NCBI GenBank assembly: GCA_964016885.1
Contig: CAXHJY010001552.1
Coordinates: forward strand, 39,810 to 103,809
Length of the DNA stretch: 64,000 nucleotides
From: Eledone cirrhosa
Lineage: Eukaryota
Direction: 5' to 3'
The notes under the pieces were generated by a model that saw only the letters and a program-made list of their open reading frames with translations, had not been told where the DNA came from and ran no database searches. Each line of letters starts with the position of its first letter. The stretch's first letter is position 1. The position numbers and the translations under genes are program-made. This document shows positions 14,402 to 28,042 of this stretch, in pieces.

Positions 14402-14619
14402 ATATGTATAATAAAGCGAAAACAATGCAGGTATGGACATAGAATATAGAATGCAAATGCAAAAGATATTGTTGACAATTAATCTTTTACCTTAGATTTA
14501 TTTAAATGTCCTTAATTTTCGAGATAATATCTCTTCTTCGGAGGGAAGTAAAGCGGTTAAACCAGTGTTCTAAATAGCTTGCCAAGTCATGCTGATAGGA
14601 AATATATACACACACACAC

Positions 14620-14660
<41 letters not shown>

Positions 14661-14663
<3 letters not shown>

Positions 14664-15470
14664 TAGCAACAGTACCTAGCGTTGCCTGGGTAGGTAAAAT
14701 AATATCTGTTTTGATGAAAAGGTGTTGATCTTAGCGACTGCTTCTCGATGACTCATCTATGGCCACACACAGGCCATGCGGGGGAGGGTGATGATGACCT
14801 CTATCACAGAAACGCGGGTGACTGACGAAGGGGTATGCTGGGGGAGGGGGTTTCGAATTTGAAAGAAATCCGTTGAAAAATGTGGGAGCTAGAGCCGAAA
14901 AGGCGGGAATTTTAGCGAAAAGGTGGTATTTTCGAATATTTAAGCGGCTGCCACGCCGTTCCTGAACAAAAAATCCAAAATGTACAGCCACTTTAAAACG
15001 TGAAATAATCAGATCTAGCGTAATGTAAAATTTGAACAAAGTAGGTTGATTAATGTGGGAGATAGAGCCGAAAAGTGGAAATTTGAGTCTAAAAGTGGTA
15101 TTTTTGAATATTTAAGCGGCTGCCGCGCCGTCCCTGAACAACAAATGCAAAATATAAAGCCATTACAGGATATGCAATGATAAATTCTATTTTGCCTTAA
15201 AATATGAACGAAATCGGTGGCAAAATGTGGGAGCTAGAGCCAAAAATCTTATTTTTCGATACCTAAAAAAAGGTGACCCACCCCTATCGATTTTTATCTG
15301 CAGAATGACCCCGGAATAAAAAAAAAAAAACGATACGCTGATATATAGAAAACACTCCCCGGTGATTAATCTATGAGCCTGTAAAGTTTCATGAAAATCG
15401 GTCGTAAGATGTAGGCCCCTATAGGTAACACACAGACACACACACACACATACTTAATTTTATATATAAA
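14661..15470 (+). mobile_element. Helentron/DINE-like non-autonomous element
   Basis: TACTAGC...CCTAGCGTTGCCTGGG start, internal ~180-bp repeats (GTGGGAGCTAGAGCCGAAAA), AAAGTTTCATGAAAATCGG motif, (CA)n-ACTTAATTTTATATAT end. Confidence 0.45.
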
Positions 15471-15474
15471 CAGA

Positions 15475-15664
15475 TAACGAAGGAGGTGTGGTAAGGAACA
15501 AGATGGACCATAACGCACCAGAGTACTCAATACTTAGGGTAGTAGAGTGGGTAATAGGAAAAAGTAAGACCCCGACGGCAGAGCTCAAGCCGTTTCGACG
15601 GCTATTTCTGGACTCAAATAGCCGTCGAAACGGCTTAAGCTCTGCCGTCGGGGTCATACTTTTT

Positions 15665-15670
<6 letters not shown>
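15475..15670 (-). mobile_element. Hairpin fold-back element (family of 9912)
   Basis: Reverse-oriented copy with the same palindromic arms and tail. Confidence 0.85.
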
Positions 15671-15714
<44 letters not shown>

Positions 15715-15718
<4 letters not shown>

Positions 15719-16139
15719 GAGATCAAAAGATGGTTAAAGGAGTTCTATGTATTTTGTTATGCGCATTTCAAAAACAAACATCATCATGCAATAATATTTG
15801 TGTTTTCATCAGATAAAACAGGAGAACATGATATGAAGGCTAAAAAACACTTGTGGATAGTGCAGTTTTAAATCAACATATCTGATATGTTGATTTAAAA
15901 CTGCACTATCCACAAGTGTTTTTTAACCTTCATATCACGTCTTCCTGTTTTATCTGATGAAAACACAAATATTATTGCATGATGATGTTTGTTTTTGAAA
16001 TGCGCATAATAAAATACATGGAACTCCTTTAACCATCTTTTGATCTTATATATTATGTATACTCCAGTCCTACAAACTGTAGAGTGCTTCTTATCCGATA
16101 TCTGCATTGCTTTATTGTACTACAATAAAACTCACCTCC

Positions 16140-16143
<4 letters not shown>
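15715..16143. mobile_element. Family C HHR element as a head-to-head palindrome
   Basis: ~168-bp arms with apex at 15883; HHRs at ~15750-15818(-) and 15947-16015(+): CTGATGA...GAAA-TGCGCA-TA-ATAAAA. Confidence 0.8.
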
Positions 16144-16171
<28 letters not shown>

Positions 16172-16181
<10 letters not shown>

Positions 16182-16559
16182 TAAACAAATAATGAACAAA
16201 CAATTCCTTATATTAAACAAAAAAAGTTCACTATTTAACGATCGTTTCTAGGGTATATATGTGTTATAATTGGTATGCATATTCAACAGATCTATGTACA
16301 AAATTATACAAAATTATACAAATTATCAAGATTAAATATACATACCTAACACATATATACGCCGTCTTCAGAAATATATGTGTTAGGTATGTATATTTAA
16401 TCTTGATAATTTGTATAATTTTGTATAATTTTGTACATAGATCTGTTGAATATGCATACCAATTATAACACATATATACCCTAGAAACGATCGTTAAATA
16501 GTGAACTTTTTTTGTTTAATATAAGGAATTGTTTGTTCATTATTTGTTTAATATTTTAT
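16172..16559. repeat. Near-perfect inverted repeat, ~186-bp arms, 15-bp loop
   Basis: The + ORF 16259 and - ORF 16264 translate almost identically; loop ACGCCGTCTTCAGAA. Confidence 0.9.
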
Positions 16560-16693
16560 CTTGACTCTGTATACCGTTTATCTTTCACCGAAAGTGGATT
16601 TTCATTACATCTTTTCTTTCCATGATATCCGGAATACATTGAGTTCTTCATACGGATTGGACACTACCGTAAACTCTTGGTAGATTTATCTAC

Positions 16694-16738
16694 ATATATA
16701 TATATATATATATACATATTTATATATATATATATACA

Positions 16739-16793
<55 letters not shown>

Positions 16794-16834
16794 TTATATA
16801 TATATATATATACATATTTATATATATATATACA

Positions 16835-16872
<38 letters not shown>

Positions 16873-16878
16873 CATATT

Positions 16879-16915
<37 letters not shown>

Positions 16916-17014
16916 ATATATATACATATTTATATATATATATATATATATACATATTTATATATATATATATATATATATACATATTTATATATATATA
17001 TATATATATATACA

Positions 17015-17050
<36 letters not shown>

Positions 17051-17515
17051 CACATACACAAATATATACGCAAGCACACAGATATATAGACATATATATA
17101 TACACACACATATATATGTGCGTCTGTGTATATGTGTGTGTATGTGTGTGTGTCTATGTGTTTGTGTGTGTGTGTGTGTGATTATGTGTGTGTATGTGTG
17201 TGTGTGTGTGTGTATGTATGTGTGTGTATGTGTATGTGTGTATGTATGTCTGTATGTGAGTGTGTATGTGTGTATTTGTGTCTGTATGTTTGTGTGTATG
17301 TGTGTATGTATGTGTGTGTTATGTGTATGTGTGTGTGTATGTGTGTGTGTATATGTGTATATGTATATGTATGTATGTGTGTGCGTGTGTATGTGTGTGT
17401 GTATGTGTGTATGTGTTTCTGTATGTGTGTGTATGTGTGTCTGTATGTGTGTATATGTGTATGTATGTGTGTATATGTGTATGTGTGTGTGTGTGTCTGT
17501 ATGTGTGTATGTGTC
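16694..17515. repeat. (TA)n and (TG)n compound microsatellite
   Basis: Direct reading. Confidence 0.9.
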
Positions 17516-17889
17516 TATTAGGACCAACTAGAAGAAAAGCTGGTTTCTCTTAAAGGCGGGAAAATTGGATAAATATTTGGTTTTGCTATTTATATCTGAA
17601 GGGTGTTTTGAGAGAGGGGGAGAGGGGGAGAGGGGTGAGGGGAGATGGGGGGGGGGGTGAGAGAGGGAGATAGAGAGGGGGGCGAGAGTAGGGAAAGGGG
17701 GGAGAGAGAGAGATGGAGACACGGGAGGGGGAGAGATGTAGTGGATTAATTAACTAATTACATTGATATACGTTTATTTTTTAATTTGATTTTTTTTTAT
17801 TTAATTTTTTTAAATATATTCCTTAACAGATTTAAATTTCGTTGAAAAAACTGAATATTTCAGCGATTTTAATACGTGGGAGGGGGGGG

Positions 17890-19925
17890 GTGTTGTTGGT
17901 GTTGTTGTTACTGTTGTTGTTGTTGTTGTTGTCTCTGTTGTTGTTACTGTTGTTACTGTTGTTGTTACTGTTGTTGTTACTGTTGTTGTTGTTGTTACTG
18001 TTGTTACTGTTGTTGTTGTTACTGTTGTTGTTACTGTTGTTGTTGTTACTGTTGTTGTTACTGTTGTTGTTGTTGTTGTTGTTGTTACTGTTGTTGTTGT
18101 TACTGTTGTTGTTACTGTTGTTGTTGTTACTGTTGTTGTTGTTACTGTTTTTGTTACTGTTGTTGTTGTTACTGTTGTTGTTGTTACTGTTGTTGTTGTT
18201 ACTGTTGTTGTTGTTGTTGTTACTGTTGTTGTTGTTACTGTTGTTGTTGTTGTTACTGTTGTTGTTGTTACTGTTGTTGTTGTTGTTACTGTTTTTGTTA
18301 CTGTTGTTGTTATTGTTGTTGTTACTTTTGTTGTTGTTGTTGTTGTTACTGTTTTTTGTTACTGTTGTTGTTGTTGTTGTTGTTACTGTTGTTGTTGTTG
18401 TTACTGTTTTTGTTACTGTTGTTGTTATTATTGTTGTTGTTACTTTTGTTGTTGTTGTTGTTGTTACTGTTGTTGTTGTTACTGTTGTTGTTGTTACTGT
18501 TTTTGTTACTGTTGTTGTTGTTGTTATTGTTGTTGTTACTGTTGTTGTTACTGTTGTTGTTACTGTTGTTGTTGTTGTTACTGTTGTTGTTACTGTTGTT
18601 GTTGTTACTGTTGTTGTTGTTGTTACTGTTGTTGTTGTTACTGTTGTTGTTGTTGTTGTTGTCTCTGTTGTTGTTACTGTTGTTGTTGTTGTTACTGTTG
18701 TTGTTGTTACTGTTGTTACTGTTGTTGTTGTTACTGTTGTTGTTACTGTTGTTGTTGTTACTGTTGTTACTGTTGTTGTTGTTACTGTTGTTGTTACTGT
18801 TGTTGTTGTTACTGTTGTTGTTACTGTTGTTGTTGTTGTTGTTGTTACTGTTGTTGTTGTTACTGTTGTTGTTGTTACTGTTGTTGTTACTGTTGTTGTT
18901 GTTACTGTTGTTGTTGTTGTTACTGTTTTTGTTACTGTTGTTGTTGTTACTGTTGTTGTTGTTGTTGTTGTTGTTACTGTTGTTGTTGTTACTGTTGTTG
19001 TTGTTACTGTTGTTGTTGTTACTGTTGTTGTTGTTACTGTTGTTGTTGTTGTTACTGTTTTTGTTACTGTTGTTGTTGTTATTGTTGTTGTTACTTTTGT
19101 TGTTGTTGTTGTTGTTACTGTTTTTTGTTACTGTTGTTGTTGTTACTGTTGTTGTTGTTACTGTTGTTGTTGTTGTTGTTACTGTTTTTGTTACTGTTGT
19201 TGTTGTTATTGTTGTTGTTACTTTTGTTGTTGTTGTTGTTGTTACTGTTGTTGTTGTTACTGTTGTTGTTACTGTTTTTGTTACTGTTGTTGTTGTTGTT
19301 ATTGTTGTTGTTACTGTTGTTGTTACTGTTGTTGTTACTGTTATTGTTGTTAGTGTTGTTGTTGTTGTTACTGTTGTTGTTACTGTTGTTGTTGTTACTG
19401 TTGTTGTTGTTGTTGTTACTGTTGTTGTTACTGTTGTTGTTGTTACTGTTGTTGTTGTTGTTGTTACTGTTGTTGTTACTGTTGTTGTTGTTGTTGTTAC
19501 TGTTTTTGTTACTGTTGTTGTTGTTACTGTTGTTGTTACTGTTGTTGTTGTTGTTGTTACTGTTGTTGTTGTTACTGTTGTTGTTACTGTTGTTGTTGTT
19601 GCTGTTGTTGTTGTTGTTGTTGTTGTTGTTACTGTTGTTGTTACTGTTGTTGTTGTTGCTGTTGTTGTTACTGTTGTTGTTGTTGCTGTTGTTGTTGTTG
19701 TTGTTGTTGTTACTGTTGTTACTGTTGTTACTGTTGTTGTTGTTGTTACTGTTGTTGTTACTGTTGTTGTTGTTGTTGTTACTGTTGTTGTTACTGTTGT
19801 TGTTGTTGTTGTTACTGTTGTTGTTACTGTTGTTGTTGTTACTGTTGTTGTTGTTGTTATTGTTGTTGTTGTTGTTACTGTTGTTGTTTTTGTTGCTGTT
19901 GCTGTTATTGTTGTTATTATTGCTG
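17890..19925. repeat. 2-kb (GTT)n tract with ACT interruptions
   Basis: Direct reading; source of the poly-L/V/C/N ORFs. Confidence 0.95.
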
Positions 19926-19929
19926 ATCA

Positions 19930-20110
19930 GTAGAGCGTCAGACACCATGCTTCTCGGCATAAAGTTACGTCCCTTTATGTTGTAAGTTCAAGTCCCGCCG
20001 AGGTTAATTTTGCCTTACATCCTTACGGGGTCGATAAAATAAAGTACCAGTAATACACTGGGGTCGATCTAATCGTCTTTCCCCTCCCGCCAATTGTTGG
20101 CCTTGTGCCT
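19930..20110 (+). mobile_element. tRNA-derived SINE (Meta/V-like family)
   Basis: AAGTTCAAGTCCCGCCGAGG...CATCCTTACGGGGTCGATAAAATAAAGTACC. Confidence 0.8.
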
Positions 20111-20854
20111 CTACCAGAACTCATTATTGTTGATGTGGCTCACGACATATTTTGACGTGCAACGATCAGCGTTTAAATATTCTGTCTTCAACCGCCACCT
20201 CCCCCTCCAAACCCACAACCCCATAACACCTCTTGCTCCACCTCCACCCCCACCTCCACAACACCTCTCCTTCCCCACTCCACCCGGCAACACCTCTCCC
20301 TTGCCCTCCACCCCCACCAACCCACAATGCCACCCCCACAACACCTTCCTGCCCCGCCCGGCAACATCTCTCCCTTCGCCTCCAACCCCTGCCCGCAATG
20401 CCTCCCACCACAACACCTCCCCTCCCCCCACCCGGCAACACGTCTCCCTGCCCCCTCCACCCCACCCCCACCTCCACAATGCCTCCCCCACAACACCCTC
20501 CGCCCCTCTTATGTTACCACTAAAAATAATCTTGGGGATTAAAAGGAGAGAAGTATTTTTGGTGGGGTTTGGTACAGTGTCAGTGGCGGAATGTGTCTGG
20601 TACCTCTTAGGTAAACACAGCTGAAGCCAATTCTATCACGTATGCACAAATTCTTCGACGTTTGCAAAAATCAATTGAACTCTCTCTCTCTCTCTTTCTC
20701 TCTGTGTATAATTTATATATCTATATATATATATAAATATATATATATATGTATATATAAATATATATATATATGTATATATATAAATATAAATAAATAT
20801 GTATATATATAAATATAAATAAATATGTATATATATAAATATAAATAAATATGT

Positions 20855-20885
<31 letters not shown>

Positions 20886-20904
20886 AATATAAATATATAT
20901 ATAT

Positions 20905-22137
20905 ATGTGAGTATAGACATAGAATATTCGAAAATATTCTGTATGTTTATAATAAACATTTTGAAGACCTAATCGCTATAGAATAGAATACGTCACGTAT
21001 TACAATTAGATTCTCGATAAAAGCAAGGGAAGTAATCTACGCGTTTCATTCTTGTTAGAATTCATCAGGACTACATATCCAGTGCTTTTATCGAGAATGA
21101 CACAGCTAGAGACTTATAGAATACTTAGCTGTGTACTGGAACTGGTTTGAAAGAGCGGTTGCCGGTCCGGCAGAAATTAGAAATTGGAATAAATGCTCTG
21201 AAATAGCGATATATATGTGAGTATAGACATAGAATATTCGAAAATATTCTGTATGTTTATAATAAACATTTTGAAGACCTAATCGCTATAGAATAGAATA
21301 CGTCACGTATTACAATTAGATTCTCGATAAAAGCAAGGGAAGTAATCTACGCGTTTCATTCTTGTTAGAATTCATCAGGACTACATATCCAGTGCTTTTA
21401 TCGAGAATGACACAGCTAGAGACTTATAGAATACTTAGCTGTGTACTGGAACTGGTTTGAAAGAGCGGTTGCCGGTCCGGCAGAAATTAGAAATTGGAAT
21501 AAATGCTCTGAAATAGCGATATATATGTGAGTATAGACATAGAATATTCGAAAATATTCTGTATGTTTATAATAAACATTTTGAAGACCTAATCGCTATA
21601 GAATAGAATACGTCACGTATTACAATTAGATTCTCGATAAAAGCAAGGGAAGTAATCTACGCGTTTCATTCTTGTTAGAATTCATCAGGACTACATATCC
21701 AGTGCTTTTATCGAGAATGACACAGCTAGAGACTTATAGAATACTTAGCTGTGTACTGGAACTGGTTTGAAAGAGCGGTTGCCGGTCCGGCAGAAATTAG
21801 AAATTGGAATAAATGCTCTGAAATAGCGATATATATGTGAGTATAGACATAGAATATTCGAAAATATTCTGTATGTTTATAATAAACATTTTGAAGACCT
21901 AATCGCTATAGAATAGAATACGTCACGTATTACAATTAGATTCTCGATAAAAGCAAGGGAAGTAATCTACGCGTTTCATTCTTGTTAGAATTCATCAGGA
22001 CTACATATCCAGTGCTTTTATCGAGAATGACACAGCTAGAGACTTATAGAATACTTAGCTGTGTACTGGAACTGGTTTGAAAGAGCGGTTGCCGGTCCGG
22101 CAGAAATTAGAAATTGGAATAAATGCTCTGAAATAGC
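20905..22137 (-). mobile_element. Retrozyme-like 310-bp tandem array, inverted block (~4 units, 4 HHRs)
   Basis: Period 310 (20901/21211/21521/21831); GTAATCTACGCGTTTCATTCTTGTTAGAATTCATCAGGACTAC is the HHR reverse complement. Confidence 0.9.
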
Positions 22138-25100
22138 AGTACACAGCTAAGTATTCTATAAGTCTCTAGCTGTGTCATTCTCGATAAAAGCACTGGATAT
22201 GTAGTCCTGATGAATTCTAACAAGAATGAAACGCGTAGATTACTTCCCTTGCTTTTATCGAGAATCTAATTGTAATACGTGACGTATTCTATTCTATAGC
22301 GATTAGGTCTTCAAAATGTTTATTATAAACATACAGAATATTTTCGAATATTCTATGTCTATACTCACATATATATCGCTATTTCAGAGCATTTATTCCA
22401 ATTTCTAATTTCTGCCGGACCGGCAACCGCTCTTTCAAACCAGTTCCAGTACACAGCTAAGTATTCTATAAGTCTCTAGCTGTGTCATTCTCGATAAAAG
22501 CACTGGATATGTAGTCCTGATGAATTCTAACAAGAATGAAACGCGTAGATTACTTCCCTTGCTTTTATCGAGAATCTAATTGTAATACGTGACGTATTCT
22601 ATTCTATAGCGATTAGGTCTTCAAAATGTTTATTATAAACATACAGAATATTTTCGAATATTCTATGTCTATACTCACATATATATCGCTATTTCAGAGC
22701 ATTTATTCCAATTTCTAATTTCTGCCGGACCGGCAACCGCTCTTTCAAACCAGTTCCAGTACACAGCTAAGTATTCTATAAGTCTCTAGCTGTGTCATTC
22801 TCGATAAAAGCACTGGATATGTAGTCCTGATGAATTCTAACAAGAATGAAACGCGTAGATTACTTCCCTTGCTTTTATCGAGAATCTAATTGTAATACGT
22901 GACGTATTCTATTCTATAGCGATTAGGTCTTCAAAATGTTTATTATAAACATACAGAATATTTTCGAATATTCTATGTCTATACTCACATATATATCGCT
23001 ATTTCAGAGCATTTATTCCAATTTCTAATTTCTGCCGGACCGGCAACCGCTCTTTCAAACCAGTTCCAGTACACAGCTAAGTATTCTATAAGTCTCTAGC
23101 TGTGTCATTCTCGATAAAAGCACTGGATATGTAGTCCTGATGAATTCTAACAAGAATGAAACGCGTAGATTACTTCCCTTGCTTTTATCGAGAATCTAAT
23201 TGTAATACGTGACGTATTCTATTCTATAGCGATTAGGTCTTCAAAATGTTTATTATAAACATACAGAATATTTTCGAATATTCTATGTCTATACTCACAT
23301 ATATATCGCTATTTCAGAGCATTTATTCCAATTTCTAATTTCTGCCGGACCGGCAACCGCTCTTTCAAACCAGTTCCAGTACACAGCTAAGTATTCTATA
23401 AGTCTCTAGCTGTGTCATTCTCGATAAAAGCACTGGATATGTAGTCCTGATGAATTCTAACAAGAATGAAACGCGTAGATTACTTCCCTTGCTTTTATCG
23501 AGAATCTAATTGTAATACGTGACGTATTCTATTCTATAGCGATTAGGTCTTCAAAATGTTTATTATAAACATACAGAATATTTTCGAATATTCTATGTCT
23601 ATACTCACATATATATCGCTATTTCAGAGCATTTATTCCAATTTCTAATTTCTGCCGGACCGGCAACCGCTCTTTCAAACCAGTTCCAGTACACAGCTAA
23701 GTATTCTATAAGTCTCTAGCTGTGTCATTCTCGATAAAAGCACTGGATATGTAGTCCTGATGAATTCTAACAAGAATGAAACGCGTAGATTACTTCCCTT
23801 GCTTTTATCGAGAATCTAATTGTAATACGTGACGTATTCTATTCTATAGCGATTAGGTCTTCAAAATGTTTATTATAAACATACAGAATATTTTCGAATA
23901 TTCTATGTCTATACTCACATATATATCGCTATTTCAGAGCATTTATTCCAATTTCTAATTTCTGCCGGACCGGCAACCGCTCTTTCAAACCAGTTCCAGT
24001 ACACAGCTAAGTATTCTATAAGTCTCTAGCTGTGTCATTCTCGATAAAAGCACTGGATATGTAGTCCTGATGAATTCTAACAAGAATGAAACGCGTAGAT
24101 TACTTCCCTTGCTTTTATCGAGAATCTAATTGTAATACGTGACGTATTCTATTCTATAGCGATTAGGTCTTCAAAATGTTTATTATAAACATACAGAATA
24201 TTTTCGAATATTCTATGTCTATACTCACATATATATCGCTATTTCAGAGCATTTATTCCAATTTCTAATTTCTGCCGGACCGGCAACCGCTCTTTCAAAC
24301 CAGTTCCAGTACACAGCTAAGTATTCTATAAGTCTCTAGCTGTGTCATTCTCGATAAAAGCACTGGATATGTAGTCCTGATGAATTCTAACAAGAATGAA
24401 ACGCGTAGATTACTTCCCTTGCTTTTATCGAGAATCTAATTGTAATACGTGACGTATTCTATTCTATAGCGATTAGGTCTTCAAAATGTTTATTATAAAC
24501 ATACAGAATATTTTCGAATATTCTATGTCTATACTCACATATATATCGCTATTTCAGAGCATTTATTCCAATTTCTAATTTCTGCCGGACCGGCAACCGC
24601 TCTTTCAAACCAGTTCCAGTACACAGCTAAGTATTCTATAAGTCTCTAGCTGTGTCATTCTCGATAAAAGCACTGGATATGTAGTCCTGATGAATTCTAA
24701 CAAGAATGAAACGCGTAGATTACTTCCCTTGCTTTTATCGAGAATCTAATTGTAATACGTGACGTATTCTATTCTATAGCGATTAGGTCTTCAAAATGTT
24801 TATTATAAACATACAGAATATTTTCGAATATCCAATGTCTATACTCACATATATATCGCTATTTCAGAGCATTTATTCCAATTTCTAATTTCTGCCGGAC
24901 CGGCAACCGCTCTTTCAAACCAGTTCCAGTACACAGCTAAGTATTCTATAAGTCTCTAGCTGTGTCATTCTCGATAAAAGCACTGGATATGTAGTCCTGA
25001 TGAATTCTAACAAGAATGAAACGCGTAGATTACTTCCCTTGCTTTTATCGAGAATCTAATTGTAATACGTGACGTATTCTATTCTATAGCGATTAGGTCT

Positions 25101-25509
25101 TCAAAATGTTTATTATAAACATACAGAATATTTTCGAATATTCTATGTCTATACTCACATATATATCGCTATTTCAGAGCATTTATTCCAATTTCTAATT
25201 TCTGCCGGACCGGCAACCGCTCTTTCAAACCAGTTCCAGTACACAGCTAAGTATTCTATAAGTCTCTAGCTGTGTCATTCTCGATAAAAGCACTGGATAT
25301 GTAGTCCTGATGAATTCTAACAAGAATGAAACGCGTAGATTACTTCCCTTGCTTTTATCGAGAATCTAATTGTAATACGTGACGTATTCTATTCTATAGC
25401 GATTAGGTCTTCAAAATGTTTATTATAAACATACAGAATATTTTCGAATATTCTATGTCTATACTCACATATATATCGCTATTTCAGAGCATTTATTCCA
25501 ATTTCTAAT
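22137..25509 (+). mobile_element. Retrozyme-like 310-bp tandem array, sense block (~11 units, 11 HHRs)
   Basis: HHR at 22201 and every 310 bp to 25301; units appear identical by eye except ~24831-24835; ends in (TA)n. Confidence 0.9.
22201..22243 (+). ncRNA. Minimal type I hammerhead ribozyme (first sense copy in the array)
   Basis: Stem I GTAGTC/GATTAC, core CTGATGA, stem II ATTCT-AACA-AGAAT, GAAA, palindromic ACGCGT stem III, predicted GUA cleavage after 22237. Confidence 0.9.
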
Positions 25510-25607
<98 letters not shown>

Positions 25608-25744
25608 GGAGAGAATTTTTTTTGAATTGAGTTTGAATTATTTTCCCACAACTTACGTTAATTATTTTCCCATTTTGAAGTTATAGTCACTTATATATTA
25701 TGAAATACTGTTGGCTTCTTGCTCACATTAATTTCTATACTTTC

Positions 25745-25807
<63 letters not shown>

Positions 25808-25811
<4 letters not shown>

Positions 25812-25990
25812 TAAATAAAAGTCAAATGATTAAAATTTAGCTTCGTTTATTACTGCTATATATATTTCAGTGACAGCCATCTTTGGCTGTGACCTCTTCA
25901 GGCAGTTTGAATTAGTATGGTATAGACAAGTACATATGTTGTTTAGGTGTATAATATTGTCAATACTCTGATATGCCCAGTTCCTATATA
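25808..25990 (-). mobile_element. HHR element, family D (HHR 25852-25906)
   Basis: Minus: ACTGC-CTGAAGA-GGTCACAGCCA...TGGCTGTCACT-GAAA-TATATA-TA-GCAGT. Confidence 0.75.
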
Positions 25991-26042
25991 TATACACAAT
26001 GATATTAAATAAATGGAAGCTATATATATATATATATATATA

Positions 26043-26170
26043 TAACAAAGGAATTGTGGTAAGGAACCAGATGGACCATAACGCACCAGAGTACTCAATA
26101 CTTAGGGTAGTAGAGTGAGAAGTAGCCGTCGAAACGGCTTGAGCTCTGCCGTCGGGGTCATACTTTTTCC

Positions 26171-26172
<2 letters not shown>
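26043..26172 (-). mobile_element. Hairpin element family copy lacking one arm
   Basis: Conserved tail joined directly to GCCGTCGAAACGGCTTGAGCTCTGCCGTCGGGGTC. Confidence 0.75.
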
Positions 26173-26204
<32 letters not shown>

Positions 26205-26255
26205 AGTGTGCGTGTGTGTGTGTATATATGTATACAATGATATTAAATAAATGGA

Positions 26256-26289
<34 letters not shown>

Positions 26290-26294
<5 letters not shown>

Positions 26295-26535
26295 CGAAAC
26301 ATAAGTCAATTGCATGAACTCATAATTCTTTATTTACTGCTATATAATTTTCGATGATAGCCATTGAATGGGTATGACCTCATCAGGCAGTTAGTCAGTT
26401 CTTAGATATGTCAGCTCTATGTTTATGGTGTTGATGGTATCATAGCCTTGGGACATATATCTTCTTCGGAACTTATATCTTCGTTGAGTGGTCCCTATCC
26501 GCATACTGAAGTACTGGATTTTACCAACACTTTCT

Positions 26536-26540
<5 letters not shown>
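26290..26540 (-). mobile_element. HHR element, family D (HHR 26336-26391)
   Basis: Minus: ACTGC-CTGATGA...GAAA-ATTATA-TA-GCAGT; homologous to 53449-53612. Confidence 0.75.
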
Positions 26541-26890
<350 letters not shown>

Positions 26891-27348
26891 TATATGTGTG
26901 TAGATATCATTGTTATATTGTCCCAAACTCTCCTATAGTTGAGTTAACCAGGAGTGTATTAGCTGCTTTTTCTAGCAAATACTTTACTCGCTCACTCTCC
27001 ACCTTCACTACCACTGAATCATGTGTTAATTTCTTTTTTTAGGTGTCTCTTGATCAGCCCTATTAACTTCACAGCAATATGCACTTCTAAAGTGCATATT
27101 GCTGCAAACAGATTCGGAGAAACTGCAGTCTGCACATAGAAGAAAAAGTAGGTTTATCTTTGTCTTCATTTCCCTCGTATTTTTTATTTTATATATATGC
27201 TTCATAGAATCGAGACATATCTGAGGATCTTGCGATTTCAGAGTCAGGTTTGATCATTGCGTCGATCGTGCCTCGAGCTGGTCGCCAGAGAAACGATGGT
27301 AATATGTGTAATAAATCTTATTCGTCGCACCACTGATTCCCCGTTTCT

Positions 27349-27390
<42 letters not shown>

Positions 27391-27963
27391 AGAAACGGGG
27401 AATCAGTGGTGCGACGAATAAGATTTATTAGACATATTACCATATATATATATATATAAGTATGTATACGTACATACATATATGTATACAGACGTACAGT
27501 AGTATGTATATATATATACATACATGCACACATATATATGTACGTATGGATTCACCGAACATTTATTATAATGTTTGGTTTGTTTGTAAACAAACGGCCT
27601 GAATTACGCCGTCAGTGCTCGGCAACCATCGTTGACCTTTTGTTCAACACTGACAAAGGAACGCTGTACTAGTTTCAAGCTTATTAGCTATCGTCAGCAA
27701 CGTATACCTTCCTGCCAGATGATTGAACGTCTGAAAGTATATACTTTCCTTATGCATATTAAGGGCTGAGCAGCCTAATTTGCATATCGAGTGAGTTAAT
27801 CGGCCGGGCGCACCGAAAACGATAAACGGAAAAAATGAAACGAAATTTCATTTCTCACTCTTAGTACTTAAATATAAGTATGTATACGTACATACATATA
27901 TGTATACAGACGTACAGTAGTATGTATATATATATATACATACATGCACACATTTTTTCCGTT

Positions 27964-28039
<76 letters not shown>

Positions 28040-28042
<3 letters not shown>

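Noticed and set aside
17842-19985. Poly-Leu/Cys/Val/Asn ORFs
   Set aside because: (GTT)n microsatellite
20905-25509. 5S rDNA or ordinary satellite reading of the 310-bp array
   Set aside because: No 5S similarity seen; intact HHR per unit and internal inversion fit a retrozyme-like element better
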